Shown here in pieces: positions 1 through 12,072 of a DNA stretch of 64,000 nt (position 1 is its first letter; each line of letters opens with the position of its first letter). Both the position numbers and the translations under genes were made by a program. This stretch comes from Chiloscyllium plagiosum (taxonomy: Eukaryota): contig NC_057719.1 of NCBI RefSeq assembly GCF_004010195.1, positions 78,152,359 to 78,216,358 on the forward strand, read 5' to 3'. A model generated the notes under the pieces. That model searched no databases and had not been told where the DNA came from. It worked only from the letters and a program-made list of their open reading frames with translations.

Positions 1-890
1 CCTCGCGTGTAAGCTTTGATGGTTTCCCACATCATTGACGGGTTGCTAGCTGTACCTGTATTAATTTCTAAAAAAGTTTTAAATTCTTGCGAGAAGTACT
101 TTACAAATTTACTATCTTTCATTAGGAAGGGGTCCATACGCCATTGCCGAGGGGATGTCCCATTGTTCCTAGCCTTAGTTTCCATATATACAGCAGCGTG
201 GTCAGAAATTGCTATACTACCTATTTTACAGGATGATATGGAATTTTAAAAAATTGAGGGGGCAAGAAACATATCAATTCTGGTATGACATTTATGTGGA
301 TTCGAGTAGAAAGAAAAATCTCTGCCCTGTGGATGAAGACATCTCCATACATCTACTAATCCTAATTCTTTGTTCAGATCCATCAATTGTCTAGATCTGG
401 GAGATACTCCTGCAGTACTCTTGGGAATCCTATCTATTTCCTGATCCATAATACAATTAAAGTCTCCCCCTATAATTATATGACGGGCATAAAAAGCCAT
501 CAATTTTGAAAAGGCTTCCGTTATAAATTTAAAGGGGTGTGCCGGGGGGCAGTACAAATTTAAAATCCCATATTCCTCTCCATTTATGAGGGCTTTAATT
601 AAGATGTATCGTCCAGATTCGTCTTTTATCTGCTTTAGGATTTTGAAAGGGAAATTCTTCCGAACAAGAATAACAACTCCCCTGCTTTTTGAGCTAAAAG
701 AAGAAAAAAAGGCCTGATCAAATCCGCCCTGTCGTAATTTCAAGTGTTCTTTATCTGACAGGTGTGTCTCCTGTAGAAGAGCTATATCAACTCTTTCCTT
801 CTTAAGATTTGATAATATTTTCTTCCTTTTGACTGGCGAATTACTCCCCTTGACATTCCAGGTGCACCACTTAACTGAGTGATCAACCAT
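1..890 (-). pseudogene. L1 ORF2 apurinic/apyrimidinic-type endonuclease domain with an in-frame stop
   Basis: Motifs TWNVKG, LLQETH, GGDFN, DVWR, TRIDMF. After TAA at 246-248 the same frame continues NSISSCKIGSIAISDHAAV...MWETIKAYTR (catalytic SDH motif). Confidence 0.9.
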
Positions 891-1419
891 AATCCTCTGG
901 GCCAATCCGAGACCCCTCGGGAGGGGGAACCCTACCCAGAACATCCCGAGCGTAGAACATGTACAATTTACAAAAATAAAGCCTCTTTAATACACCCACA
1001 ACAATACAGTAAAAACCTATTTCTAAATAAAAAAAATATAAAACGTATCTAAGTGGAGACTTTCCCCCTTGTTCCCAGGGGGCGTCACTCCCTCTCCAAA
1101 AGTCCCTCATATCCTCTCCCAACCAATGCCCCACCCTTGACCCAGGCACTCCTCAATAAAATGAGGAGAATTCAAATATAATACAAAGCTAGAGTTAACA
1201 GTGAGCACCCTACCCCCACCCATACCAACACCTGGGTACATTTGGTAATGTTAATACCATATATAAACATATAACTATAAAATTACCACCTCAACGAATA
1301 ATAATTAAATATAATAATACAAAATAACAAGGGGAAAACAATCCCGCTCCTAGAGACAGAGGTAAAATTGAATAAGGTAACCACCTCCCCCCACCAACAT
1401 TAACCAAATCCCCCAGCTT

Positions 1420-1456
1420 TTATATATACATATATATATATATATATATACACACA
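1420..1456. repeat. (TA)n/(CA)n microsatellite bordering the assembly gap
   Basis: tatatatacatatatatatatatatatatacacaca directly before the N run. Confidence 0.9.
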
Positions 1457-2425
1457 NNNNNNNNNNNNNNNNNNNNNNNNNNNNNNNNNNNNNNNNNNNN
1501 NNNNNNNNNNNNNNNNNNNNNNNNNNNNNNNNNNNNNNNNNNNNNNNNNNNNNNNNNNNNNNNNNNNNNNNNNNNNNNNNNNNNNNNNNNNNNNNNNNNN
1601 NNNNNNNNNNNNNNNNNNNNNNNNNNNNNNNNNNNNNNNNNNNNNNNNNNNNNNNNNNNNNNNNNNNNNNNNNNNNNNNNNNNNNNNNNNNNNNNNNNNN
1701 NNNNNNNNNNNNNNNNNNNNNNNNNNNNNNNNNNNNNNNNNNNNNNNNNNNNNNNNNNNNNNNNNNNNNNNNNNNNNNNNNNNNNNNNNNNNNNNNNNNN
1801 NNNNNNNNNNNNNNNNNNNNNNNNNNNNNNNNNNNNNNNNNNNNNNNNNNNNNNNNNNNNNNNNNNNNNNNNNNNNNNNNNNNNNNNNNNNNNNNNNNNN
1901 NNNNNNNNNNNNNNNNNNNNNNNNNNNNNNNNNNNNNNNNNNNNNNNNNNNNNNNNNNNNNNNNNNNNNNNNNNNNNNNNNNNNNNNNNNNNNNNNNNNN
2001 NNNNNNNNNNNNNNNNNNNNNNNNNNNNNNNNNNNNNNNNNNNNNNNNAATCTCTCGGTCGTGCTTCTGCAGCGCGGCCGAGAGCGATCCCAACGATTTC
2101 TGAATTCTGCAATATAGGCATCGATCTTCGAATCCAGCTTGGAAATCATTTCTGCAAGGCTTGTTACTGTTGGTAAGTCCCCCGGGGCGGCTGTGGACGC
2201 TTCTGCTGCAGCTGGAGAGGGTGGGGGAGGGGTTCCTGCTTGCTGAGAGCTGCGGGCTCCCTTCCCTTTAGTTATTTTAATTTAGAATTAAATTGTTTAA
2301 ATGTAATATTACACAACTAATTAAATTACACAACTATTATAAATGATTTGGTGAGCGTGGTAGGGGGTGGGTGACCCACTGTACCCAAGTCTTGGGAGGA
2401 GCACTATAGACTCAGTCTTGCTGGG

Positions 2426-2449
2426 TCGCCGCCATCTTGGATCCCCCCC
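2426..2449 (-). promoter_or_regulatory. Putative YY1-binding motif (CAAGATGGCGGC) at the L1 5' end / internal promoter
   Basis: Plus strand tcgccgccatcttggatccccccc; G-run followed by CAAGATGGC, the same arrangement as the mammalian L1 5' terminus. Confidence 0.7.
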
Positions 2450-2689
2450 GTATTACTACCTTTATAAAACCCTGAGCTAGACTGTTAACTCCTGCTTCTC
2501 GATTTCTTACTCTTTCTTACTTTTTAACTCAACAAAGGACTCTCCCTGGATTTGGAGGAGCTATTAGTGTAAAGTAGGGAGGCCAGAGTCCTCCTTATGT
2601 CCTCCTCTCCTGGTTTTCTGTTAAAGCAGAAACAAACAAACAAACAGAAAAGACACTGACAGAATGGAACATCGCCACTTTTAACCATC

Positions 2690-3680
2690 TGGTCATGTGA
2701 ACATAGAAGGAGGAATTAGTCGCTCAGCCCCTAGATCACGGCCCCTAGCTTTTTGTGGAGAAAGTTCCAGATTTCAACAGTGCTTGTGGGAGGAAGTGAC
2801 ATCAATCCTGAATGAGCTATCAGTAATTTGAAATTATGACTCCTTTGTTTGTGCTCCCTGATCGCAAGAGCTCATTTCTCTACTTATCCTATTAAATCAT
2901 TTAATCATCTTAAACATGTTAAATTAATTACCTTAATCTGTCATATTTAGGACAATATTAGCCTAGTCAATGCAAACTGTCTTCATAGTTTAGTTATTAA
3001 ATCCCTGTGTAAATCTGATGTATTTGTCCTACATCCCTTTCAGAGTCAATACTTCCTTCCTGAGGCACACGGACAAGAACTGAACATAGATACTATCTAA
3101 CCAGAGATGGAGAAATTGTAGAGCTTTGTTACTTTAGATAAAGCCTGACATTCCTTAACCTTTTTTCATTTTTTTTTCCTACCCGCCATGATCTTAGAGA
3201 TTTCTGTGTGTGGAATCATAAATCTTTCTGGTCCTTCACAGTTGCTAGCTTCTTGCCATTTAGAAGGCAGTCTGATTTATCTTACTTAGCTCCAGTAAGA
3301 TAGATCAGAGAGCCTCCTATGGGTGATTTTGCACTCGCACACGGTGAACTCCATTTGCCACAGGTATACCCAGTCACTTAATCCATCAATGTCCCTTTGC
3401 AAGTTGTTACTTCTATTCACATTACTTTTGGTACCACTTAGTGTCATCAACAAATTTGGATTCGTAGCTCTCTATTCCATCATCTAAGCCACCTATAAGT
3501 ATGAAGAGATTCCAGAACATTACCAGTAACATCTTGCCGGTTGGAGTTCAGTTGTTATCCCTTGTATCTGCTTTCTGCATCTTAACTAATTCCTTACCCT
3601 GGTTAAATGATTGTCTCCAATACTATGTACTTCCACATGCAGACAGGAATGTTCTGCACCTGAGTGCTCATATACAGAAT
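2690..3680 (-). mobile_element. Old, degenerate CR1-like LINE 3' fragment
   Basis: Plus-strand remnants such as tgaactccatttgcca and gtgtcatcaacaaattt (antisense of the KFADDT region) match CR1 copies elsewhere in the window. Confidence 0.5.
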
Positions 3681-3832
3681 TAGCAATGTATTGCCTTTCT
3701 ATATAAGGATGTTATATAGGGGGAGGAAATGATGTTGGTCAAGGGACATACTAAAAGTTCCATTGCAAATCAAAATAACTCATGGGGTAATTTGAATGGA
3801 GGTGAGGATTGGAAAGAAGACTCCACAATTAG

Positions 3833-4180
3833 GGGGTGGCATTGTGGCTCAGTGATTAGCACTCTGCCTCGCAGCACCAGGGAGCCAGGTTCAATTCTAG
3901 CCTCAGGCAACTGTCTGTGTGGAGCTTGCACATTCTCCCCGTGTCTGTGTGAGTATCCTCCGAGTGCTCTGGTTTCCTCCCACAGTACAAAGATATGCAG
4001 GTTAGGTCAATTGGCCCTGCTAATTTGCCCATAGGGAAGTGTATGTTAGGTGCACTAGTCAGGGGCAAATATAGAGTAGGGGAATGGGTCTGGGTGGGTT
4101 ACTTTTCAGAGGGTTGGTGTGGTCTTGTTGAGCCGAAGGGCCTGTTTCCACACTATAGAGATTTTAATTCTAATTCTAAT
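3833..4180 (+). mobile_element. HE1-like tRNA-derived V-SINE, full length
   Basis: A box (tggctcagtga), B box (ggttcaattc), V-core tgtggagcttgcacattctccccgtgtctg, CR1-like tail gaagggcctgtttcca followed by (TTCTAA)n. Confidence 0.9.
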
Positions 4181-4744
4181 AGTTAACACTGTGTATAAAT
4201 GTGCAATGAAAGTCTTACTTTGTCCCTCCTGACAGGTTAATTAAACATTTTATGGCATTGCAATCACATCACCTGCACACTCCTGCTTATGTCATAAGGA
4301 TGTACCATATCCTGCTAAAGATTACATCCTCACTGCCTTCCTCAGTGTCCACCTCAGGGCAACAGAAGATGTAGCCTTCCCAGAAACAGTTCATTCAAGA
4401 CAGAGTGTTAAACAAGTATTTTAAGCAGCACAAAGTTGGTGGAGTTTTGATTGTGGACTGCAGTTTTGATTGTGGACTGACATGGGAAAAGAAGTATTTT
4501 GAAAACCAAGGACTATTGAGGGACAGATACATTATTTGGAATTAAGTAACCTTGCAGTCATTGTCAGGTTGTTTACACAGTTGTTAGTTCAAGTAGTGCT
4601 GGTAGGTTTGCAGAAGAGCTAGATTGCAAGGGTTATATATCAATGCAGCCAGCAACAGTAGCTGATTGGTCTGTGGACTTGTAACCAGTGATTGATGACA
4701 AAGGCCTTCTGCCTGTCAACAGCTATGTGACTAGTTCTCCAATA

Positions 4745-5075
4745 GAGTCAGAGAGGCATACAATACTCAAACAGCCCCTTTGGTTCAACTCTTCCATATC
4801 GACCAGATATCCTAAATGAATCGTGTCCCTTTTTCCAGCATTTGGCCATATCCCTCTAAACCCTTCCTATTCATATACCCATCCAGATGCCTTTTAAATG
4901 TGATAATTGTATCGGCCTCCACCACTTCCTTGGGCAGCTCATTCCATACATGCATCACCCTCTGCATGAAAAGGTTGCCCCTTGGGTCCTTTTTAAATCT
5001 CTCAACTTAAACCCCTGGCTTTGGATTCCCTCACTCTCGGCAAAAAAAAAGTCCTTGACAATTCACCCAACCATT
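4745..5075 (-). mobile_element. CR1/HER1 LINE 3' end
   Basis: cccttcctattcatatacccatccagatgcc and ccaccacttcct, shared with the other CR1 3' ends. Confidence 0.8.
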
Positions 5076-5739
5076 CCTCTCAACAACATGCTGAACAACT
5101 TGGAAGTGTGGACAAGATAATGAGAAGCCATCAGGTCACTACCAGTTCAGGAGGTGTCTCTGTACTCTGCATTTAAAAACCTCTTTAAAACCGAAGAAAT
5201 CCAGTATACTCTTCTTTCATTAGTTGCTGTAATCTGACTTTCAGTAAATCTTATGGAAGTCTTTAGAAGTGCTATTAATAAGTTTTTATTATAAGTGTGG
5301 AGCAGTTTACTTTGCCTTCTGCAAACATATGAAAGCATCCAGTGACGATAGATTGAGAAGAGGCATTCTGATCAGCACAAAAATCATTCCACCTAATCCT
5401 GTGCATAAGAATCACCAAACTGTTGCCCAGGCTTCCCTTTTCCCATAAAACGTGTGTGTGTCAACATTTATAAGGGGGTTTGAGTTTTACCATACATGTC
5501 AATGATCCATAATTTCTCAAGTCTATTTACCTTTACTATATAATAACACTTATTACATACAAAACCCTCATCCATGCCTTCTGTATCTTGGGTCTAAAAG
5601 ACAGGTAAATTAAGAATTTTGTGTACTTTTAAAAATCTCTAACTTTTATGGTCACGCTAGGAATAGTGGGGTTTGATTTTCAGTACTCTACATCTTCGAG
5701 GGATAGCAATAAATAATGCAGGTATGATTACTAGCTACA

Positions 5740-6043
5740 TGGTGGCCTCAGTGGTTAGCACTTCTGCCTCACAGCTTCGGGGAGCTGGGTTCGTTTCTAG
5801 CCTCAGGTGACCATCTGTGTGGAGTTTGCACATTCTGCCTCTGTCTGCATCTATTTCCTCCTACGGTCCAAAGATGTGCAGGTGAGGTAGATTGGCCATG
5901 CGAAATTATCCAGACTGTTCAGCGATGTGTAGGTTAGGTGGATTAGTCATGGGAAATTGGAGCAGTAGGGTAGTGGAATGCGTCTGGGTGGGATACTCTT
6001 TGGAGCCAAATGGCCATTTTCTACACTATAGGGATTCTATGAC
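5740..6043 (+). mobile_element. HE1-like SINE, diverged
   Basis: ggtggcctcagtggttagcact ... tgtggagtttgcacattct ... ctacactatagggattctatga. Confidence 0.85.
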
Positions 6044-7473
6044 ATGGAAGCTAACCCATACAGCAAGGATGCCTCTTGGGGAACCCCCTTTTTGGCTGTG
6101 TGGAGGTGGGAGGTGAAGGCATTGCTAGACAGGCCCTAGCTACAACAGAAAGACAGAAAAAGATTAATCCAATGGATTGATCATCCCAACTTTTACTCAT
6201 GGTCAGGAACTTGACATCTTTCATTTCAATTTACTCCAGAATTGCTGCTTGATGAGCTGGATAAGGATGTGGTTTACCACACTGCTTTGGTGACTTCTCC
6301 TGTAATGCTGTTTGAGGTCTGCTTGTTGTTTCTTGGAAGACTGAGGGAAAGGACTGTGAATCATCACTGAACATTAAGGCTCAGAGAAATGAGAAGTGAG
6401 TCCACTTGAAGCTGGTAGTAACATTTGACTGGTACTGTAAAAAAATGAAATTCTGCAGTGTCATAGAGTCATCGAGATGTACCGCATAGAAACAGACTCT
6501 TCAGTCCAACCTGTCCATGCTGACCAGGTATCCCAAACCCAATCTCGTGAGCATGCTTTCATGTATAAATGTGGCATGAGCTTTTGATAAACATATTGAT
6601 AAAGGAAATGTTACTAGTTAACTAATGCTTAGTCGGTGGTGATTTAGATTTGTTCTGATGTATATATTAACATTTTCATGGCATTGCTTTAAGTTGGCCA
6701 TCAGGAATTCAGATCTTTTCAAAGTTCTTGTTTTGTACAGGAACTGTAACACATGTACACCTTATGAATTGAGTCCTCAGTTATTTGAAGCCACTGATTG
6801 TAATATTGTGAACTAACTGTGAAGCATTGATATGCTATGAACCATTGTCTTCCTAGGTTAACCTCAGCAGCTTGTTCATAAACAATAACCTTCAGCTGCA
6901 GCCCATGGACATCGGTCTTATTTGATCTGATGTAAAAGAAAAATCAATGTTTGCAGCTTGAGAGGGGTGTTCTCATTTATTGGGAAGATGTTAACATTAG
7001 TTATTCTCCCAGTAATCAATAGTTGTTCAAATGTCTAAGCACTCCATTGTTTTTACATGTTGAACTGCCGGAAAAGTCAATAGGAGAGGAACCGAGAAAT
7101 AGTGAGTTTGAAGATTCAGCAATTACAGGTGGTGGGATAAATCATTCTATTCATAACTCTGCAAATTTTCTGGCTAGACTCTTGACATTTAATCGACAAG
7201 TTGGTGAGCATGTTGGGTGGAAGCAAAATACGATCCCATCAGATTCAAAATGTACAAAAGAGGCAGATCTGTAGGTCAAGTATGAAGTTAATTACCTTTG
7301 ACTTTGGACAGTGATTGTAAAGCTTCCTCATTGCACATCCATGAGTAAATAAACCCCATTGTGTGCAAAGCAAATGGAATGTTGGTATGTACACATATAA
7401 TCTACAATGGCAGCCTTCATTCTGTGTTGTGAGGCGATAACTTGTGCATTGGCGTTCAACTCGGTGTTAAACA

Positions 7474-7499
7474 GTGTGTGTGTGTATGTGTGTGTGTGC
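7474..7499. repeat. (GT)n microsatellite
   Basis: gtgtgtgtgtgtatgtgtgtgtgtgc. Confidence 0.85.
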
Positions 7500-7847
7500 G
7501 GACACACCTTTAGCATGGCAGACTCTGCTTCACTGAGAAGGTTCACAATTTGCACTTCTCTCCTCTCAGCCAATTGCATTTTCCATTTCACTTCTGCTCA
7601 GTAGCAGAATGTAAGCCTGTTTTACACCACCGGAGATCTCAAAGGCTTCGAATATTGTCCTGCTTTGTAGCTGACCTTACCCATCAGGTTTCATGGAAAG
7701 AGGAGATTGCACTGAGCAGCTTTGCGGGATAAGCAAATTACTTCAGCAGTTGCTTCAACACTTCTGCTCATGTGTGCTGACATCAATGAAGCCATTCTAC
7801 AGTGGTCCCTTTTGTTCACAGCATTTTACTTATGGTTGCTGGACTGA

Positions 7848-8085
7848 GAACATAGAACATAGAACATTACAGCGCAGTACAGACCCTTCGGCTCTCGATG
7901 TTGCACCGAGCTGTGGAACCAATCTGAAGCCCATCTCTCCTACACTATTCCATTTTCATCCATATGTTTATCCAATGACCATTTAAATGCCCTTATAGTT
8001 GGCGAGTCTACTACTGTTGCAGGCAGTGTGTTCCACGCCCCCTACTACTCTCTGAGTAAAGAAACTACCTCTGACATATCTCCTA
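7848..8085 (-). mobile_element. CR1 3' end with a short-repeat tail
   Basis: Plus strand gaacatagaacatagaaca tail; antisense encodes YVRGSFFTQRVVG. Confidence 0.85.
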
Positions 8086-9292
8086 TAATGTGCAGATTGA
8101 AGATCACTCAGGCCTGAAACTGCACTGGGATTCAGGATACATGCATTCAACCAAGGCCTAAGCCTGGACCTTTGGGGTGGGCTCAGGAAAATCTGACCAA
8201 TGTACCTTTGCATCTTCTGTAGTGCACATGTACCTAAATTGGGTGTGACTTTATCAGGGAAGGTTTCCATTTTTTACATAGGGATCAAGGTCTCAGTACA
8301 GTTTGGGTACCTGTGGATGCAGAGGTGGGTCATCTCAACTATAGAGCACAGGAGCAGCTCCCAGCATGGTTTAAAGGTGCTAGGCCGAGCACTAATTGGG
8401 AGCACAGCATGGGTCTGCCCTCTAACAGTCTCCCCACTGTCTATTACAGCCTCCCTCGTCTGTATGGGTGGGTAGTGCTCACCAACCTGGACTGGCATTT
8501 GATTGACTCCCCGCTGATGTTTGTACATGTGCTGGTGCTGTATGCAGGGGGAGTGATGTGATGCTGATCCCTCAGCGACATTAGGACTATCACCCAAGGA
8601 GGAGATGTCAGTGGAACACATGGGAGATGGCCATGACCCTCTGCAACAGTCAGTCCTGCAAGTGAAGCATGAGAAAAGTTGCTGGGGTGATGATGTTTTG
8701 AGCCAGTACCATGTGTGGCTGCATCAGGCTGTTGCAATAGCCAGAGCTGAGGGAGATTTGTAGATCCTCCTTACCTTCCATACCCAGCAATTCAAACTCA
8801 ATGTTAGCTATACACTGACTGCAACATGCAACATTCAGTCATGGATCACTCCCAGGTTTTCCATGGCTGGATCTGTTGATGACACCAACTGTACTGTTAC
8901 AGAGTTGAAGATTTCTCCAGACTGGTGGTTTGTCTTGCAGTCATCAAGAAAGAAAAAGTGATGCTGAGGGAAATCCCTTTATACCGGACTGCCCCCCCAA
9001 TCCTGTGAGTTGCCAGGTTGTCCAGCTTCCCTTGAAATCCTCACATTCAAGAAATCCGCGTCACGGAATCCAATCCCTCATATGGAGTCCGTGACTGCTC
9101 ATCTCTGACTGGGCCCCTGAACTATTTGTGGCAGTCTTATGCCACAACCAACTGGAAGGAGAATCTCTCTGTGAACCTGTATGGCTTGAGGGGACTGCAA
9201 GATTGGGGCATTGTGTTGTTAGGTTCTGTTGATGGCATTTGAATAATGAATGAAGGCAATAATGTTACAGGAGTTGGTATTGGTCAGTTAGT

Positions 9293-9545
9293 TATAGAAT
9301 CAAAGAATCCCGAGAGTGTGGAAGCAGGCCTTTCAATCTACGGAGTCCACAATGACCCTCCAAACAGCATCCCACCCAGACCCACTCCCGTACCCGATTC
9401 CTGTAACTCTGTATATCCCATGGCTAATCCTCCTAGCTTGCACATCCCTCAACACTACAGCTAATTTCCCATGGCCAATGCACCTAACCTGCACATCTTT
9501 GGACTGTGGGAGGACACCGGAGCTAACCACTGAGCCATCATCTGT
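9293..9545 (-). mobile_element. HE1-like SINE, internally deleted
   Basis: cacctaacctgcacatctttggactgtgggagg ... gctaaccactgagcca. Confidence 0.8.
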
Positions 9546-10179
9546 TCTAGCATGGTATGTATATAGAGTAATGCCAGCCAGCAATGTGGTGTAAGGAATG
9601 ATAAGGGTAGAGATGTAAGCTCTGTGGAAAGCAATTATTAGCCTTCACTAGAGTGTTCTAGTTCTGTTTTATTTCTCACAAATAGGCTTGGGGGTCCTTT
9701 AATAGGGGTGCATTGATGATACTGACCATTCTTTTATAAAGATGGAAAGTTCTTGCACCTACATCCCAGAAGTTTCCTGCTGGTGACAATGCTGGTCAGT
9801 TCTATTATGGAACTGCCTCAGAAAGGTTACATGCAGAATTTGGGCTTTTAAGCATGGTATTTTCTCTGTATTGCAATCAGGTGGTACAGGTCCGCTGGCG
9901 AATCCACATCACCCACATTCACCCCTTTGATTCAATGTGAATATTCAAGTGTAAATCTTTTCCAATTCAATTTTAGAGTAAAAGTCAGATTAAGACCTAC
10001 AAATAATATACTTCAAGTAAGTTAAAATAGCCTTGATAATGACAGTTATCTATTGAACACCGGAAATCCCTTGTCTGAATAAGGTGCTGATTACTATAGT
10101 AGAAAGTGAAGTTAAACTGTGACTCATCAAATGTCCATATAAGGAAAGGTATTATAAACAGCACAGTCAGTAAGGAGCA

Positions 10180-11850
10180 TGGTCACTGTGAGGGAGAGTG
10201 AGACCGAGTGAGACCGAGGGTAAGTGAGTATATCTGGGAATTTGGATCAAAGTGGCAATTTGGTGCCATAGACAAAGAGATGTTTTAAGTAAAGTTTACT
10301 TCAAGAAGTGTAGTCTCCCAAGGTGAGATGAAGGGAGAATATAGGAAGTTAGGCAGGAATTTTAAAAGTAGGTCCTCGAGGGTAATAATATCTGGAATAC
10401 TCCCAGTGCTACAAGCTAGTGAGGGTAGGAGTAGGAGGATAGGGCAGATGAATGTGTGGCTGAGGAGTTGATGCAGGAAAGAAGGATTCACATTTTTGGA
10501 TCACTGGAATCTCTTCTGGAGTAGAAGTGACCTGTACAAGAAGGACAGATTGCACCTGAACTGGAAAGGGCAGAATATACTGGTGGGGAGATTTGCTAGA
10601 ACAGCTCGGGAGGATTTATATTGTTAAGGTGTGGGGGTGGGGGAGCAGGGAAATAGTGAGGAAAGAAATCAATCTGAGACTGGTACAGTTGGGGAAGGGA
10701 GTGAGTCAAACAGAGTAGGCAGGAACAAAGCAGAGAACAAGATAGGACTGATAAATTAAACTGCATTTATTTCAATACAAGAAGCCTAACAGGTAAGGCA
10801 GATGAACTCAGGGCATGGTTGGGAAAATGAGACTGGGATATCAAAACAATTACAGAGATGTGGCTCAGGGATGGAGAGGATTGGCAGCTTAATGTTCCAG
10901 GGTATAGATGCTATAGGAAGGCTAGAAAGGAGTTAAGACAGGAAGGGAAGTGGCATTTTTGAATAGGAATAACATTATGGCTGTATTTAGGGAGGATATT
11001 CCTGGAAATATGTCCACGGAAGTCATTTGAGTGGAACTGAGAAATAAGAAAGGAATGATCACCTTATTGGGATTGTACTATATACAACCAAATAGTCAGT
11101 GGGAAATTGAGAAAAAAAAATTGTCAGGAGATTGCAGTTATCAGTAAGAATAATGGGGTGGTTATGGTAAGGGATTTTAACTTTCCAAACATAGACTATT
11201 ATGCCGTAGTGTTAAGGGCTTAGATGGAAAGGAATTTGTTCAGTGTGTACAAGAACATTTTCTGATTCAGTATGTGGATGTACCTGCTAGAGAAGGTGCA
11301 AAACTTGACCTACTCTTGGGAAATAAGACAGGGCAGGTGACTGAGGTGTCAGTGGGGGAGCACTTTGGGGCCAGCGACCATAATTCTATTCATTTTAAAT
11401 AGTGATGAAAAAGGATAGACCAGATCTAAAAGTTGAAGTTCGAAATTAGAGGAAGGCTAATTTTGATGGTGTCAGGCAAGAACGTTCAAAAGCTGATTGG
11501 GGGCAAATGTTCACAGGTATAGGGCTGGCTGGAAAATGGGAAGCCTTCAGAAATGAGATAACCTGAGTCCAGAAATAGTATGTTCCTATTAGGGTGAAGA
11601 GCAAAGCTGGTATGTGTAGGGAATGTTGGATGACTAGAGACATTGAGGATTTGGTCAAGAAAAAGAAGGAAGCATATGTCAGACATAGACAGCAGAGATC
11701 GAGTAAATCCCGAGAAGAGTGTAAAGGCAGTAGGAGTACACTTAAGAGGGAATTCAGGAGGGCTAAAAGGGGACATGAGATAGCTTTGGCAAATAGGGTT
11801 AAGGTCTATCCAAAGGGGTTCTACAAATATATTAAGGACAAAAGGAGAGA
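10180..11850 (+). mobile_element. CR1 LINE fragment: ORF1 C-terminus (SGNH/esterase-like) plus ORF2 endonuclease, decayed
   Basis: IISGILPV...HWNLFW...LYKKDRLHLN, then CIYFN, VELRNKKG, DFNFPNID, LDLLLGN, SDHNSI, and the ORF 11594-11872 (RRAKRGHE...KGFYKYIK). Confidence 0.9.
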
Positions 11851-11904
11851 ATATAGCCCTTTAAAAACCTAAACTCCCTTCAACTACTACTGTCTATCTC
11901 CTGT

Positions 11905-12072
11905 TAGATTAGATTAGATTACTTACAGTGTGGAAACAGGCCCTTCGGCCCAACAAGTCCACACCGCCCCGCCGAAGCGCAACCCACCCATACCCCTACC
12001 TTTACCCCTTAACTAACACTACGGGCAATTTAGCATGGCCAATTCACCTGGCCTGCACATCTTTGGACTGTG
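11905..12072 (-). mobile_element. HE1-like SINE 3' half, fused to a CR1 RT fragment
   Basis: (TTAGA)n, acagtgtggaaacaggcccttcggcccaacaagtccacacc ... cacatctttggactgtg. Confidence 0.85.

Larger units (their letters stand above)
1..2449 (-). mobile_element. L1-clade LINE, 5' half (5' UTR, ORF1 start, ORF2 endonuclease); continues beyond the left edge of the window
   Basis: Minus strand begins GGGGGGGATCCAAGATGGCGGCG at 2449. An ORF1-like frame (ATA at 2275, TKGKGARSSQ...MISKLDSKIDAYIAEF) runs into the N gap. ORF2 APE domain starts at ATG 890. Confidence 0.9.
7300..8185 (-). mobile_element. Old RTE-clade LINE reverse transcriptase fragment, interrupted by a CR1 3' end
   Basis: Manual translation across frameshifts: YPESQCSFR (about 8150-8120), KCCEQKGPL*NGFIDV (about 7830-7780), PAKLLSAISSFHE, EISGGVKQ. 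These match RTE RT motifs PESQCGFR, KCxEQxxPLYxAFID and SGVKQG. Confidence 0.7.

Noticed and set aside
1350..2149. Long ORFs of 233-249 aa in the ORF track (also those spanning 20552-20809, 31335-31614 and 54129-54323)
   Set aside because: Their length comes from runs of N (assembly gaps), not real coding sequence.
3729..4186. Recurrent short ORFs such as ...CGVCTFSPCLCGFP... and ...HTDTGRMCKLHTDSC...
   Set aside because: Translations of HE1-like SINE copies on either strand; not a gene family.
4444..4480. 19-bp tandem duplication gttttgattgtggactg; also poly-C at about 26025-26042 and (GA)n at about 51921-51945
   Set aside because: Ordinary slippage-type simple repeats with no sign of function.
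8190..9290. GC-richer stretch with several overlapping ORFs, considered as exon or Harbinger-related sequence
   Set aside because: No motif could be matched with confidence; left unannotated.
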